Assembly: GCA_951406725.2 (NCBI GenBank) | Contig: OX597833.1 | Coordinates: forward strand, 29,760,001 to 29,824,000 | Origin: Octopus vulgaris | Lineage: Eukaryota | Reading direction: 5' to 3' | Length of the DNA stretch: 64,000 nt | In this document: piece after piece, positions 1 to 12,359 of the stretch | How positions within the stretch are numbered: position 1 is the stretch's first letter | Layout: every line of letters starts with the position of its first letter | Notes under the pieces: model-generated | The model's input: only the letters and a program-made list of their open reading frames with translations | Told to the model about the DNA's origin: nothing | The model's database searches: none | Translations under genes and position numbers: made by a program

Positions 1-590
1 GGGGAGATGGAGGAACTAATAAGTGAAACGGAGGGATATTCATGGGTCAGGATGGGCACGGAGTGGAAGGAAACGGGTGCACTGGTCCATGAAGACAATG
101 CCGATGCGTTTATCGAGGCCGCTGGTATGAACGTAACAAGACACACGAAGTGCCGACTACTAAGGCACCCACGAGAAATGGAAAACTACAATGACCTGAA
201 AAAGGTAATGGAACTAATTTAAAATTATAAGAAAAAAAAAAAGAGAGAATTTGGAAAGACTTTTGTTTATTTCAAATGTATTTTGAAATCTTAAAGATGT
301 ATTGCGAAAGCTTTATATGTGAATTTGTGAAAACAATTTTTCTGTAATTGATAATGTATTTTGAAATGTATTGAAATGTATTGCAAAATGCTGAAAAATG
401 AATTTGTTACTTTTGAAAACATTATAAAATGTAATTAAAAACGACGAAATGTAACCACCTGATTTTGAGGATCAGGTGGGGCATTACACCACATTTATAC
501 ATATTTCATATTTCATTATTTTATTTTTTTCCCCGATTGTACTGTCCCCTCTATGTTCGCCCCTTGTGGGTAATAATAAAATAATTCAAT
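1..590 (+). mobile_element. 3' end of an element with a Tx1-type 3' tail, preceded by a non-RT ORF end (7-222)
   Basis: The ORF ends at 222. It is followed by an AT-rich UTR with a hairpin (ccacctgat/atcaggtgg, ~455-479) and the tail 'gtactgtcccctctatgttcgccccttgtgggtaataataaa', which matches the minus-strand tail at ~33000-33070. Confidence 0.5.
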
Positions 591-866
591 TTAATTGATG
601 TCTGATTTTTCCCGTATTTGAAGCGTGGTATTTTCAGTAATTTGTAAGTAACTGTTTAGCGTTTGTTAAAGAAACTGTTGTTTTGTTTGAACTTTGAACG
701 TCTAGTGTAATAACAAAAAATATTGTTATTCACCTCCTTACGGAGGTGAAAAGTGCTACACGTTACATACAAAAACAAAAAAAAATATATATATAACACT
801 ACATTTGTGAAAAAAATGAACAATACATTTGAAAAAATGAACAAAAAGACATGATGTCAAAAAAAA

Positions 867-1635
867 ATGTTGTTTGATGTGGAAACACTGTCCGCTTCAA
901 GTGACGAAGATTCGCCTTCAAGTGAAGCAGGTTTGCCTGCAGTTAAAGTCATCGAAGGTTCGCCTTCAAGTGTAGCTGTGTCTGCAGCTAAAATTATTGA
1001 AGGTTCACCTTTAAGTGAAGCTGTGCTTGCAGCTAAAGTTATCGAAGGTTCGCCTTCAAGTGTAGCTGTGTCTGCAGCTAAAATTATTGAAGGTTCGTCT
1101 TCGAAAGGAAAACAAGCTAAAACATACAACTTCGCAGCCGCTGCTGGACGGAAGAGGGAAGAGATTAAAATGGAGGACATAGAATATGAAAAATACAAAA
1201 ATATGTTTGTAAGGGAGGGGAATAATATAAAAGCCACCCTTCTAGAAGAAATTAAAAATGAAACACAAAGAAGGATAGTGATTTACAAATCATTTGTAAT
1301 AAAAGAGAAAAAATTGAAAGAGTAACAAAAGAACAGGCAGAGAAGTGCCTGCAACCAATATAGCAAGACATAGACTTTGTGACATGGGGCAAAAAGTACG
1401 CCACAATAATGGTATATTTTAAGAGCGAGCAAATGGCAAGAAAGCACTCGCTAACCTCAATTAAGGCGAGTAATATTCTTCTCTTGCCTTCCTATTTGGG
1501 GCGGAGGTCCGCCAAAATAAGAATCGAGGACATACCTCCAGAAATCGAGGTAAAGTGGTTGCTTCCAGCCTTACTAATAGGGCTGGAAGAAAAAATAAGT
1601 GTTATAGCGATAACAAAGATCAGGATGGAAAACTT
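867..1635 (+). pseudogene. Tx1 ORF1, frameshifted/stopped and C-terminally replaced
   Basis: ORFs 867-1325 and 1379-1765 are in different frames. The RRIVIYKSF / TWGKKYATIMVYF segment resembles the minus-strand ORF1 remnant at 38230-38400. Confidence 0.65.
907..1100 (+). repeat. 45-bp coding tandem repeat (about 4 copies, EGSPSSVAVSAAKII)
   Basis: Unit aaggttcgccttcaagtgtagctgtgtctgcagctaaaattattg repeats in frame with alternating variants. Confidence 0.9.
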
Positions 1636-1822
1636 GAAGCCAAACACATGGGTTGCATTGTCAGGGCTAGACAACGTGCAATGGGGAGCGAAGGAATTAA
1701 TGCCGCGAGATGGGCCCGAGTGGTGGAAGCCCAACGTGGCAACGATGCCACAATTCGATCTTTGACAAACCAACAAGGTAAGTTGATAGACAAGCCCGAG
1801 GAGATGTGTGAAGCTTTTCAGG

Positions 1823-4800
1823 TCGTCGTTGATTTGACGTTCAGTAGTCGTAAGACAATCAGGCTGGATGCGGTTTACGCACACCACAGTCAAGGGGAAC
1901 AAAGTGATTACTTTCGGAACCTTGGAAAGTTTCTGAGTACATCGCATCCTTTAGTTGTTTTAGGAGACTTCAACACAGTCTACGATGTGCGGGTAGACTG
2001 TGAGGGCTCGCGAACAGATAGGAAAGGAAATGCTTGCTTCCAGGATCTACTAAGACGTTTCGAGCTGGTAGATCCATATAGACTGGAACATCCGAATGCT
2101 CCATTGTGGACATGGTCAAACAGCGACGGATCTATCAAGTCGTACATAGACAGGATATTAATTAGAAAAGTAGATAAGAAATTAGCTAGGAGTCCACAGC
2201 TCCACATGGTCAGCTACAGTGACCACAAGATGGTCACCTGTAGGCTAGACATAGATAAGACGAATAGAGGTCCTGGTTACTGGAAACTTAATACATCCCT
2301 TTTGGCGATTAAGGAGTACAGTGACAGGATAAGGTTAATGATTCAGAGGGCTTTAACCGGAACCATAATTAACAACAAATGGTGGTATGCCCTCAAGCGA
2401 GCCATCAGATATGAGTCCATTAGATATAGTATAGATCTAGTTGCTAGAGAGGCTAGAAGGGAATCAGCACTAGTTAAGGACTTAGAGGAAGCAATGCGAA
2501 CTGGCACGGCAGCCCAGGTGAAGGTCAAGAGACTGGTTTTAAACCAGCACCTCGAAGCCAAACACATGGGTTGCATTGTCAGGGCTAGACAACGTGCAAT
2601 GGGGAGCGAAGGAATTAATGCCGCGAGATGGGCCCGAGTGGTGGAAGCCCAACGTGGCAACGATGCCACAATTCGATCTTTGACAAACCAACAAGGTAAG
2701 TTGATAGACGAGCCCGAGGAGATGTGTGAAGCTTTTCAGGACCACTTCGCCCAGCTCTTTGGGGGGAGCGGCGGACCGGATAGGAGGAGGGGCCTAACGG
2801 AGCTCCTTGACGGGCTGCCGCGCCTCTCGGAGCAGGACGCAAAGTGTAGTGAGGAGCCGATCACGCCTGGGGAAGTAATAGAGGCCATGGCTGACTGTGG
2901 CGCGGGTAAGGCGCCAGGACTGGATGGTCTACCCTACGAGCTTTATAAAAGTATGCCGGACTTGTTCGGGGACTTACTGGCGAACGTCTACACGAACTGG
3001 CAGTAGAATGGGTTTATTCCCAGATCTGTGCGCCGGGGAGTGGTGACACTAATCAGGAAGGACCCGGACAAGGGGGATGTCATTGATAATTTTAGGCCCA
3101 TCACTCTGCTTAACGCAGAGCTGAAGATTTTGGCCAAAGTGTTATCAAACAGATTGGCGCGTGTCGTGGATGGACTAATAGGGAAGGCACAAACGTGTGC
3201 CGTACCTGGCAGGTCTATTCAGGATAATCTCCATCTAATCAGATACACTATAGAGGGAATTAATAGCGATCCCAGCAAGGGAGGGGCAGTGGTCCATTTA
3301 GACCAATCAAAAGCTTTCGATAGGGTCGACCATCATTACCTGATGTCTGTTCTGGCTCAGTTCGGCCTGGGTCTTGGCTTCCTCAGGTGGATCATCGAAA
3401 TGTACGATAACGTCAACTCGGTAGTTCGGGTGAACAGCTTTATTTCTAAACCGTTCAGAGTCAAATGCTCGGTTCGTCAAGGATGCCCACTCTCCCCGCT
3501 TTTGTATGTAGTGGCTCTCGAGCCGCTGCTGCAAAAACTGAGTGGCATCCCGAGGCAGCCAGGTCGTGGAATGTCGGTTTTGGCGTACGCGGGTGACATC
3601 ACTATCATCGTGACTGAAGTGGACCTCCTACGTAAAGTAGGCAAGGCCATAGAGGTTTACGAGACGGTGACAGGAGCAAAAGTTAATCGCGAAAAGTCAG
3701 TTGGCTTGCAACTCGGCACCTGGAGAGGCAAGTCGATGCTTCAGACAGCGTCGTGGGACGTTGGACGGAGGGTCCGATTAAGTTGCTCGGGGTTTGGTTT
3801 GGACCAGACCTCCAAATAGAGAAGAACTGGAGCAAGGTATCGAGCAGGGTGGCTGCAGTAGCCAAGACCTGTAGGGCGGAGGTAGCCAATGTGTTTATCG
3901 CATCGGTGATCACCTACCGCCTTACCGTCGTGCCTTGCCCGGATTCGTGGTTGACCAAGTTGGAAAGACAGCTCTTTCACTTTTTGTGGAAGAGCTCAAA
4001 ACCACTTGTGAAACGCTCTGTTTGTTGTCAAAAACCGTTAAAGGGTGGACTAGGGATGCGCAGAAATGCGCTGAGGTTAAGGCATCTGTGGCTCCATCTG
4101 GATGGTGAACGGGTGTGGTCTCCGTTGGCGAAACAGATGTTTCCCAAGTTCACCAGTTTTGGTGGACGGGAAGCCTGGTATAATCGCAGATCGAAGTTGG
4201 ATACATGGTATACGGAGTGTCGCAAGGCACTCCGACTATTCCGTCGCTCGGGCAATGCTTGCGGCAGTGGTTCTACCACTGTTTTCTATAGAGGGTTTGT
4301 AGAGGCCGGTTGCGATGATACATTAGGGGAAACCCTAGGTTTCAACGATAATCAGCTGGCCAGTCTGTTCCAACGTACATTTGGGCCGAGGACCCTGGAT
4401 AATTTTCAGAAGTCCTTGGCTTGGCAGTGTTACCGAGAAGCCTTACCTGTTCGGGATAAACTCACAAGGCACGGTGGCCAAGTCAGCCCGACCTGCCCGA
4501 GGTGTGGGCGAGACAGGGAAACTGTCTCATATGCGGTTGTGCAGTGCTCAGAGGTGGCAGACATGTGGGTTTTTGCCGAACAACTGTTGTCAAGTGGAGG
4601 AAGAGTACAGCTATCGACTGAATCCATTGTAAAAATTGACCCACCGGATTTCTTAACGAAAGAAGGTAAGAATTGTTTTCTCTCTGTGGTTTCAATTGCG
4701 AAACAGGCAGTATGGAAGATGAGGATGAAAGGGGTGATAGCAGGCAACTTCATCTCTGGTTCTAGTCTGGTGGAATATTTTAAATTCCACCTAAAAAGAC

Positions 4801-5027
4801 AAATAGAACTAGAGAAGAGGGGCCTGAGTAAGAAAGTGTTCGATGAAAGATGGAAGAATGTTGTGAGTAAAAGGACCCTCATGAATAAGCCAGAAAAAAA
4901 AAGAAAAAAAAAACCTAAGGTCAGTGTCGAGGCGGGGTTCGTGGGGTCCGTAAGCCCGCCTCACTCCATCTGTGAAATTGTTTGTGTAAAAAATGTCCTA
5001 TCATCCGAATTATATAATCATTTGTAA
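1823..5027 (+). pseudogene. Tx1 ORF2 (APE endonuclease-RT-zinc finger), inactivated
   Basis: In-frame TAG at 3004-3006, frameshift near 3740-3755, YADD changed to YAGD, and the N-terminus of the endonuclease is missing. Confidence 0.9.
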
Positions 5028-5273
5028 ATTTTTAATAGACCCCAACGCATATTCATGTAAAATCATTCGTGATGTTCTGTCTTTATATGCATAACCGTAT
5101 GGTGAATAAAGAAATAAGAGCTAACAATTCCAGTCTGTTATATATTTTGAGTATCGTTATCACTAGTGATATCAAGATATAACTTTGTATTTTGCATTTT
5201 ATGTGTAGATGAATATATATAGATGTACATGTAATATGTACACATATATATATATATACACATATATACATGC

Positions 5274-5314
5274 ACTAGCACTATGACCCGGCAACGACGG
5301 GTCTTTAATGCTAG

Positions 5315-5315
<1 letters not shown>
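5274..5315 (+). mobile_element. 42-bp minimal Helitron-like element (fused ends)
   Basis: actagcactatgacccggcaacgacgggtctttaatgctagt: ACTAGC start, GC hairpin gacccg/cgggtc, then a CTAG|T end, within a TA microsatellite. Confidence 0.5.
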
Positions 5316-5345
<30 letters not shown>

Positions 5346-5346
5346 G

Positions 5347-5378
<32 letters not shown>

Positions 5379-5388
5379 TGTATGTATG

Positions 5389-5449
<61 letters not shown>

Positions 5450-5497
5450 GTGTGTATGTATGTATATGTATGTATGTATGTATGCATGTATGTATGC
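5316..5497. repeat. Compound (TA)/(TATG)/(TG) microsatellite
   Basis: Read directly from the sequence. Confidence 0.95.
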
Positions 5498-6030
5498 TAC
5501 TGGTAACATGTAACCCAGTACAACCTGTTGCATGGTCGGGTCATCGGCGACTAAACCGACAACCCCACCAAGCTTGCTTGGTGAGGAGGGTGTTTATTGG
5601 ACACTCTGCGGGATGAAAAACAAAACCCGTCAAAGGGCGGAAGAACTCTTGAGAGTCAACGGCCATCCAATAAATGTCTTAAGGCTGTATCATGCGTGGG
5701 GACATAGAAATAATTGGACTGAATACCCGATCGCACGGTTAAACCATTGGGAGTGAAGGACTCCTAGCCTTTGTTAGGGCATCCTTCTAGGAGAAGGTAA
5801 CTCAGGTAACTGCGATAACTCCAACATAAAACCTGCGGCTCAGTGGTTACCGATGATGTTGACTTGTTCTTCTTTTTGGATTATGGCTGCTGTTGCTTAG
5901 TGAGTGGGATTGACTCAGTGCACAGCCTTTCCTCACTTAAAAAAAAATTTTCTTGCACAGGCATTGCATGATAACAACATTGATTAAGCTTCACGCAATG
6001 GCCATACTCAATAACGAAGGGGCAGCCACC
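5498..6030 (+). mobile_element. Non-coding, structured RTE-derived (bipartite 5'UTR + 3' end) non-autonomous element
   Basis: Has an RTE-5'UTR-like motif (agggcatccttctaggagaaggtaactc) and an RTE-like 3' end (ggccatactcaataacgaaggggcagcc), nested hairpins and no ORF; flanked by microsatellites. Confidence 0.5.
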
Positions 6031-6539
6031 ATATATATATATCTCACACACTACTGGGTTTCTCATTCTAGGCACAGGGGAAAAACTGGTGACTTCACCT
6101 TTCCCCAACAGAACATGTTGGATCGTCTTGGTAGAATGTTATAAAAGACTTGAATAAGGAGTTTTGTCTGGTGGAAGTCTATCTACCAAATTTCAGGCCA
6201 TGAAACGTTGTGTGTCACCACCTACTTGCAACCTTATCTCAACCCTTTGTCGCTTCATCCCAACACTTATTTACTTATTACTTCTTAATCAAAACTCATC
6301 CCTCTCTTTAGATCAGCAACCTCTTTTCCTTTCCTTATGCCTTGCCATTGTGTGGAGTTGTGCAGCCACCCAGTCCAGCTCTTCCACATAACTGGTGTTT
6401 TCAGCAATCATGTTAGGCAGCATCCTGGTAAATTCCATGGTGTGCTATGGACTTGGTTCTTGAAGTGAGAAAGGAACAATGCACTTTTAGAGTTCTGTGG
6501 TGAAAATGATCTAATAATCTGCCACTTTAACTTCAGAAA

Positions 6540-9300
6540 ACCAGCCAGTCACCTGATCCCCTATCAATCTGATGAGTGGACAAGCCAGATTGACTTTATT
6601 CTCACTAGAAATGCAAGATCCTTCCTTGGTGAGAATGTACAATCCAAAATAAATTAGTGTTTACTGATTTCAGACTTAGAGCTAGAATGACTCAGATGCA
6701 AGCCTGTCTGGTAAAGAAAGATATTGAAGTTTAAAAGATCTATCAAACAATCAGAGATATAGAGTAGTCTCAATTGAAACATTTGATAAGGAGGAAGAGA
6801 GAGAGATGTATAACATAGAGGACAACTGGAAGTTCTTATGGGACAAGCTACTGAAGTTTACACAACAAACCTGTGGTTGGTGCAAAGTTCCAACCAAACC
6901 AAGGGTGACAAGGTAATGTAACAGTAAAGTTGGCAGAGCCATAAAAGCAAAGAGATAGGACTGGAAGAATGGGAGCAGCATAAAATTATAGAAGAGAAGC
7001 CAGGCAATAGACATATTTAGCAAGGGGAAAAAGCAGAAAGGAAGAGGTCTGCCAATGTTCTATGTATGAAGATCAGAGGTATCAGAAAATCAAGATGTGG
7101 GACATAAGTGAATATGAATATATAAAAGAGCAATTGCCCGGAGTGATTCTATAAAGAAAGTAACACGGAAGTGCTACTGTGAAGAGTTATTAAATGTGAA
7201 GAATGCACTGGAGAAAGAGAGCCTTCCAAGTGTGAACTCCAGGGAAGGATTAACCATTCTAGTTGACAGCAATATGATAAAGATTGACAGCAGTATGATA
7301 AAGACAGGTAAGCCCCAGGTACATCAGGAATTACCACCAAGATGCTTAAAATATTTGGTGGAATGAGATATTGCCCAGTTACCCATATAGTTAATCAGGT
7401 TGTATGGGAGGGTACCATTACCAACGACTGGTGTAGCAGATCTGTTACAAAGGTAAAGGAACTGTCTTACAGAGGAGTAACCAAAGAAGTATCAAACTGT
7501 TGGACCAGGTCATGAAAATTGCAGAAAGATTTATAGCTCAAATGACTGGGATAATAATTAGCCTCTATGAAATGTAGTTTGATTTTGTGACAAAGATAAG
7601 TACTTCTGATGCTTTCTTCCTGGTAAAGCAGCTGCAGTCAAAAATAAACTGCTGTATTTGACTTTCATTGGCCTGGAGAAAACATTCAACAGGCTCCCTC
7701 ATTCTCTGATTTGATGGTCATTATGGAAGCTAGTAGATGAATGACAGGTGAGATCTGTTTGAGCCATGTACAGGAGTACTATCAGTAAAGTGAGAATTAG
7801 CAATGAGTACAGAGAAGAATTTTGGTAGACAATCACCATATTTAGCAAGGGAAAAAAGCTCTCACTTTTCACCTAGTCGTTATTGTCTTCCACACCATAA
7901 CAGCAGAATTTAAGACTATTTGCCTTTGGGAGCTCCTCTGTGCTGATGACATTGTTCATATTGCTAAATCTAGAGAATTAGAGAAGAAATTTGAGGTGGG
8001 GAAGTTAAACCAGGATCGAAGAGCCTTAAAGTTAACTTAGAAAAGATTAAAGTCCTAGTAAGCAGGAATACAAACAGTATGCTGTGTAGGTGGAAATTCC
8101 ATACAGTGTGCCTATTGCAAACTTTGGACACACAAGAGATGTGAAACCATAGGTAGATTAACTGAGAATGTAGACATTGTGGCAGATGTGCAGGAGCCAG
8201 AAAACATCTTAGAACATATGAGAAATAGATGTTTTTTTCAAATGCTCTGGAGATAGTTTCTGTTACCAAGGTAACCTAATTAGCAATGGAGGAGGAGGTT
8301 CTGGAAGTATAATTGCTAGACTATGAACTGGTTGGAGAAAGTTCAAAGAGTTTTTACTTCTGTAGGTAACAAAAGCATCTATAATGGAATGGAAGGTTTA
8401 TGACACCTGTGGAGTATCTCTTTTTCCCATTATAATTATTTTTGTAGCTTCAAGGATCTGGAACATGAAGAAGTTCACAAGTAGAGTACAGTTCAATAGC
8501 AGTTTATTTACAGAGTTGTCGTTCATGTGGTTCTCTCTCAGAGACCATCTTTATGGCAGTGTGTGGTTTGTTATAGCTCCATACACATGAGGTTCATTAC
8601 CTCTGGAGCTAAGCATGTGGAGTTAGAATGGGACAAGGGTCCGCTGTGACTACTGACTTCACAGCATTTCTCAGTGTAAACATGAGAAGGAATGAGAGAG
8701 AGAATGTCTTATTCTCCTGTTTAAATACTGGTTGCCAGCAAGAGCCTCGTTGTCATCTCGCACATGGCAAATAAGTGCAGGCAAGATCTTGTTTTTGTCT
8801 TGGATATGGTAATGGCTACCGGTGAGATCTCATTCAAAATGGTGCTGGCTTCTTGTGCCTCGCTACACTTCTATCTCAGAGTGAAAGGCAGGTTATATGA
8901 TGCTTGTGAATGAACTGCAATGCTTTAGGGCAGTGAGATGTGGGCTGTAAATATTGAGGGTATGCAAAGAATTGAAGCTAGTAAGTTATGCTGAATGGTA
9001 ATGTCAATATGCATGTATGACAAAGTGTAAATATCTTGAGACAAATTGGGCATAAGAGGCATCAAATGTATTGTGGTTTGATTACATAATGTACATGGAT
9101 AAGAACAGCTGCATGAAGAAGTGTTGATTGCTAAATGTGTATGGAATTCATGGAAAAGGGATAAGCAATAAAACATGGGATAAAGTTGTGAAGACTGACC
9201 TCAGGTTGTTCAGTCTTAAGGAAGAGATGGCAAATGACTAAAATAACTGGCAATATATTGTGCTCAAAAAGAGCCTTCCATTCTTGCATAAATGAGGTCC
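6540..9300 (+). mobile_element. Old degraded RTE-clade LINE, same family as 48947-51190
   Basis: Collinear nucleotide similarity to the younger copy (gacaactggaagttctt, tggtgcaaagttcc, gactggtgtagc, gagctcctctgtgctgatgac); many stops and indels. Confidence 0.85.
8380..8867 (-). mobile_element. Solo LTR nested in the RTE
   Basis: RTE homology stops at 8379 and resumes at 8868. Ends tataatg...cgctaca (decayed TG...CA); imperfect 4-bp TSD catc/cttc; TATA-like (~8722) and AATAAA (~8503) motifs on the minus strand. Confidence 0.55.
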
Positions 9301-9309
9301 TAAAAGCAT

Positions 9310-9630
9310 ATCATTAATGTCTATGCACTCCCACTTTCTCAAAGGAGCTTGTCCTGTGAGTTACTTGATGACTTTACTAGTACTGATGTCATGCAAAAAA
9401 CACCCACTATGCACTCTGAAGTGGTTACCATTGGGAAAGGCATCCAACTGTAGTAACCATGCCAAAGCAAACATTGGAGCTCAACACAATTTTCTGACTT
9501 ATTGGATCCTGTCAAACCATCCAGACCATGGCAGCATTGAATACAAATGTTAAATGATGAAGAGATGATGATGATGATGATGATGATGATGACGACGACG
9601 ACGACGACGATGACGACGATGATGATGACA
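9310..9630 (+). mobile_element. RTE 3'UTR / RTE-tailed SINE-like repeat with (GAT/GAC)n tail
   Basis: ggcatccaactgtag...tcaaaccatcca...catggcagcat...gttaaatgatg. Related copies at 11455-11680(-), 18345-18830(-), 24505-24725(+) and 47220-47393(+). Confidence 0.75.
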
Positions 9631-9649
9631 ACGTTATCTTCTAACAGTT

Positions 9650-10062
9650 CTGGATATGTCACCAGTTATGTCCCTGTGGTCATCAAGTGTTTTGGGTCTT
9701 TCAGCAATCAGACACTCTCACTCAAGGTTAATCAAACTCTGGCTTGTGTCCATTTAGTACAACATCAGGTAGCCTTATCTTTTCCAGGGCTCACACCTCC
9801 TGATCCACAGTCACTTTGAAGCAGCCTCTGCTGTTTCCATAGCTAACATGATGACCTTCTGCCCATTGGCTGGATTTTGAAGGCCTTGAGAGGGACTGCC
9901 CTGCAAACCCTCTGTGTCCCACTTTAATGCAATCTCACTATCTATTACTTTGATATAACTCCACCAGCTCAGCATATTCAGCATATTTCATTCTCTTCCT
10001 CTCATTTGCCTCCTGACTATGGTCCTCCCAAGAAAAAGAGACCCCTAACAGAATCACTAACT
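9650..10062 (-). mobile_element. 3' fragment of an RLE-type (NeSL/HERO-like) non-LTR retrotransposon
   Basis: Minus strand reads SWEDHSQEANERKRMKYAE...IKVGHRGFAGQSL, matching the restriction-like endonuclease pattern ELTVPWE...K..KY...EVG.RG. Confidence 0.65.
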
Positions 10063-10107
10063 TAAATGTGTGTGTGTATTAGTGTATGTATGTATTAGTG
10101 AATGTGT

Positions 10108-10394
10108 GTGTGTAGTGTGTGTAAGATCAGTATAGCTAAATGGTTAAGGAGTTTGCTTTGCAACCATGAGGTTTCAGGTTTGATCTCACTGCATGGTATC
10201 TTGAACCAATGTCATTTTCTACAGCCTTGAGTTAACCCATACCTTGAAATTGGATATACAGAAACTGTGCGGAAACCGGTTGAATGAACTGTACCTGTAA
10301 TTCAAAAGCGTAACCATATTACACACTGTATCTTACTGATTTTGCAGTGTTGTGCTCAGTTAATTCAGCTGATTGAACAACTGAATCCTTATCA
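10108..10394 (+). mobile_element. tRNA-derived SINE (degenerate)
   Basis: A-box-like tagctaaatggttaag and B-box-like ggtttgatct; body similar to the SINE at 31475. Confidence 0.7.
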
Positions 10395-10630
10395 TTAATC
10401 CTTTAGCATTCAGATTTATTGTCAAATGTGATGCTTAATTATTCACATTGTTTTGAATTAATCATGCATTATCTAGTAGCTTTGAGATTTCAATGATGTG
10501 ATTGTTTACTTTTAGAATGACATTGTAGGATAGGTGTGAGAGATCAGATCTTGTCAGTTTGGATATAAACCAAGTAAAATATTTGGACTGGATATGGCAA
10601 ATTTAAATGCTAGAGAAGCTAAAGGGTTAA
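10395..10630. mobile_element. piggyBac-like MITE (TTAA-flanked)
   Basis: ttaa-tcctttagc ... gctaaaggg-ttaa. A related copy lies in the opposite orientation at ~40976-41192. Confidence 0.7.
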
Positions 10631-10673
10631 ACAACAATCCAGCACCATATGTGTGTGTGTGTGTGTGTGTGCA

Positions 10674-10729
<56 letters not shown>

Positions 10730-11082
10730 TGTGTGTGTGTGTGTGTGTGAAGGAATGAATGCGTGACTCCTGATATTATTTGTCCAATTCTGTATTTTGT
10801 ATTTTTCAGCTGCCACACTCAAACAGAACTAAACAGAATTTTTGAACTTTCAATCTGTCACAGGACTGGTGGAATTTCAATAATCTGCTAAGATCTATTG
10901 TTCTGTCTAGAGAAACAGACAGTAGCAATTTGATGTATAAATAACTTGCTCTCTTCTGACTTTTCCTTTTGGAGAATTTACTTCTCAAAAGACATTTTGA
11001 ATTGCTGGGTACTTTATTTATTTCTTTCATTTATTCACCAGTTTCTATGTGTTCTAGTATTTTCACCAGTTTATTTATTCTT

Positions 11083-11131
<49 letters not shown>

Positions 11132-12359
11132 ATATATAAATATATGTGTGTGAGTGTGTGTATGTGTGTGAGAGTGTGTGTGCCTGTGTGTATGCACACA
11201 TATATTTATTTGTATGTATGTACACACACACATACATATACAAGGAAGAGTGAGTTTACTTTAACAGTCATATTCTCTTACTTTGGGAGACCTTGTAGTG
11301 TTAAATAATATCAGAGACTAAGATGTAACTATGGACAACCCATGCATATTTTAAAAATATAGCCAATATGGCCTGCTGAATGCACTCATGGATCCTTAGA
11401 AATTTCCAATCTAGAGACTCTGATAGAATCATCTTTCACTTCTCTGATTTTTCAGGTTTCATCATCACCATCATCATCATCATCATCATCACCATCATCA
11501 TCATTTAACATCTGTTTTTCCATACTGGCATGGGTTGGATGGTTTGACAGAAGCTGGTAAGGCTGGGGACTGCACCAGGCTCCATTGTGTGTTCTGGCAT
11601 GATTTCTATGGCTGGGTGTTCTTCCTAATACCAACTACTATGGAGTGTACTGGGTGTTTTTTATGTGGTACCAGCACCAGTAATTTTAATGTGAATATTG
11701 CTGCCCACTGTCTTGTCTCCCTAGACAAAACAAAATATTATGGGATCTGAAGCATTCAAGAGATTACAAAAATAAATAAATAAAATGATGAAACATGCTT
11801 TTTTATATTGGGATCACTTCGGAAAGCTCAAACTCTAATTTTTCTAGCACTACCTGGAAAGAAACAATGCAGTTGTGAAGTTGAAACTAATGCATGCCAG
11901 ATTTCACAGCTCTAGCATCACTCTTTCATAGTCAGCCTATGACCTTTCAGCCTATCTTTGTATTTTCAAATTTATTGATAATGCTGGACAATAAAGATTT
12001 TGCTACTGGAGTAAAAGCAGGTGTTTTAGATGAAATCAAGAATAATTCTAGCATGTTAGGATTTTAAGTTATGCGCATGCGCAAGATTATAACTATGCTT
12101 TTGGCTAGCTATTATAAAATTTGCTTAAATGAGTGTGGTCTTAATTCAAAATTAAAGAAATTACAGCAATAAAACAAATGATGAGAAAGTTCATTATTTA
12201 GTTTAGCAATAGATGGCACTGACGTATTGTGTGCAATGCCAAATACTTGAGTTTGTTCTTGGTAACTCTCAGTGTCATTCGCACTGCCGTCACATGTGGT
12301 GGTGTGTGTATCTCTCCTCTGCGTGATTACTGTTTTAACTGTGTTCATTGTGTTAGATC

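Larger units (their letters stand above)
591..5117 (+). mobile_element. Tx1/L1-clade non-LTR retrotransposon, near full length, disrupted
   Basis: ORF1 remnants; APE endonuclease motifs (GDFN, YIDRIL, SDH, GYWKLN); RT motifs (FRPITLLN, DQSKAFDRV, RQGCPLSP, YAGD); C-terminal CPRC...C zinc finger; aataaagaaataa end. The 5' boundary is approximate. Confidence 0.9.
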
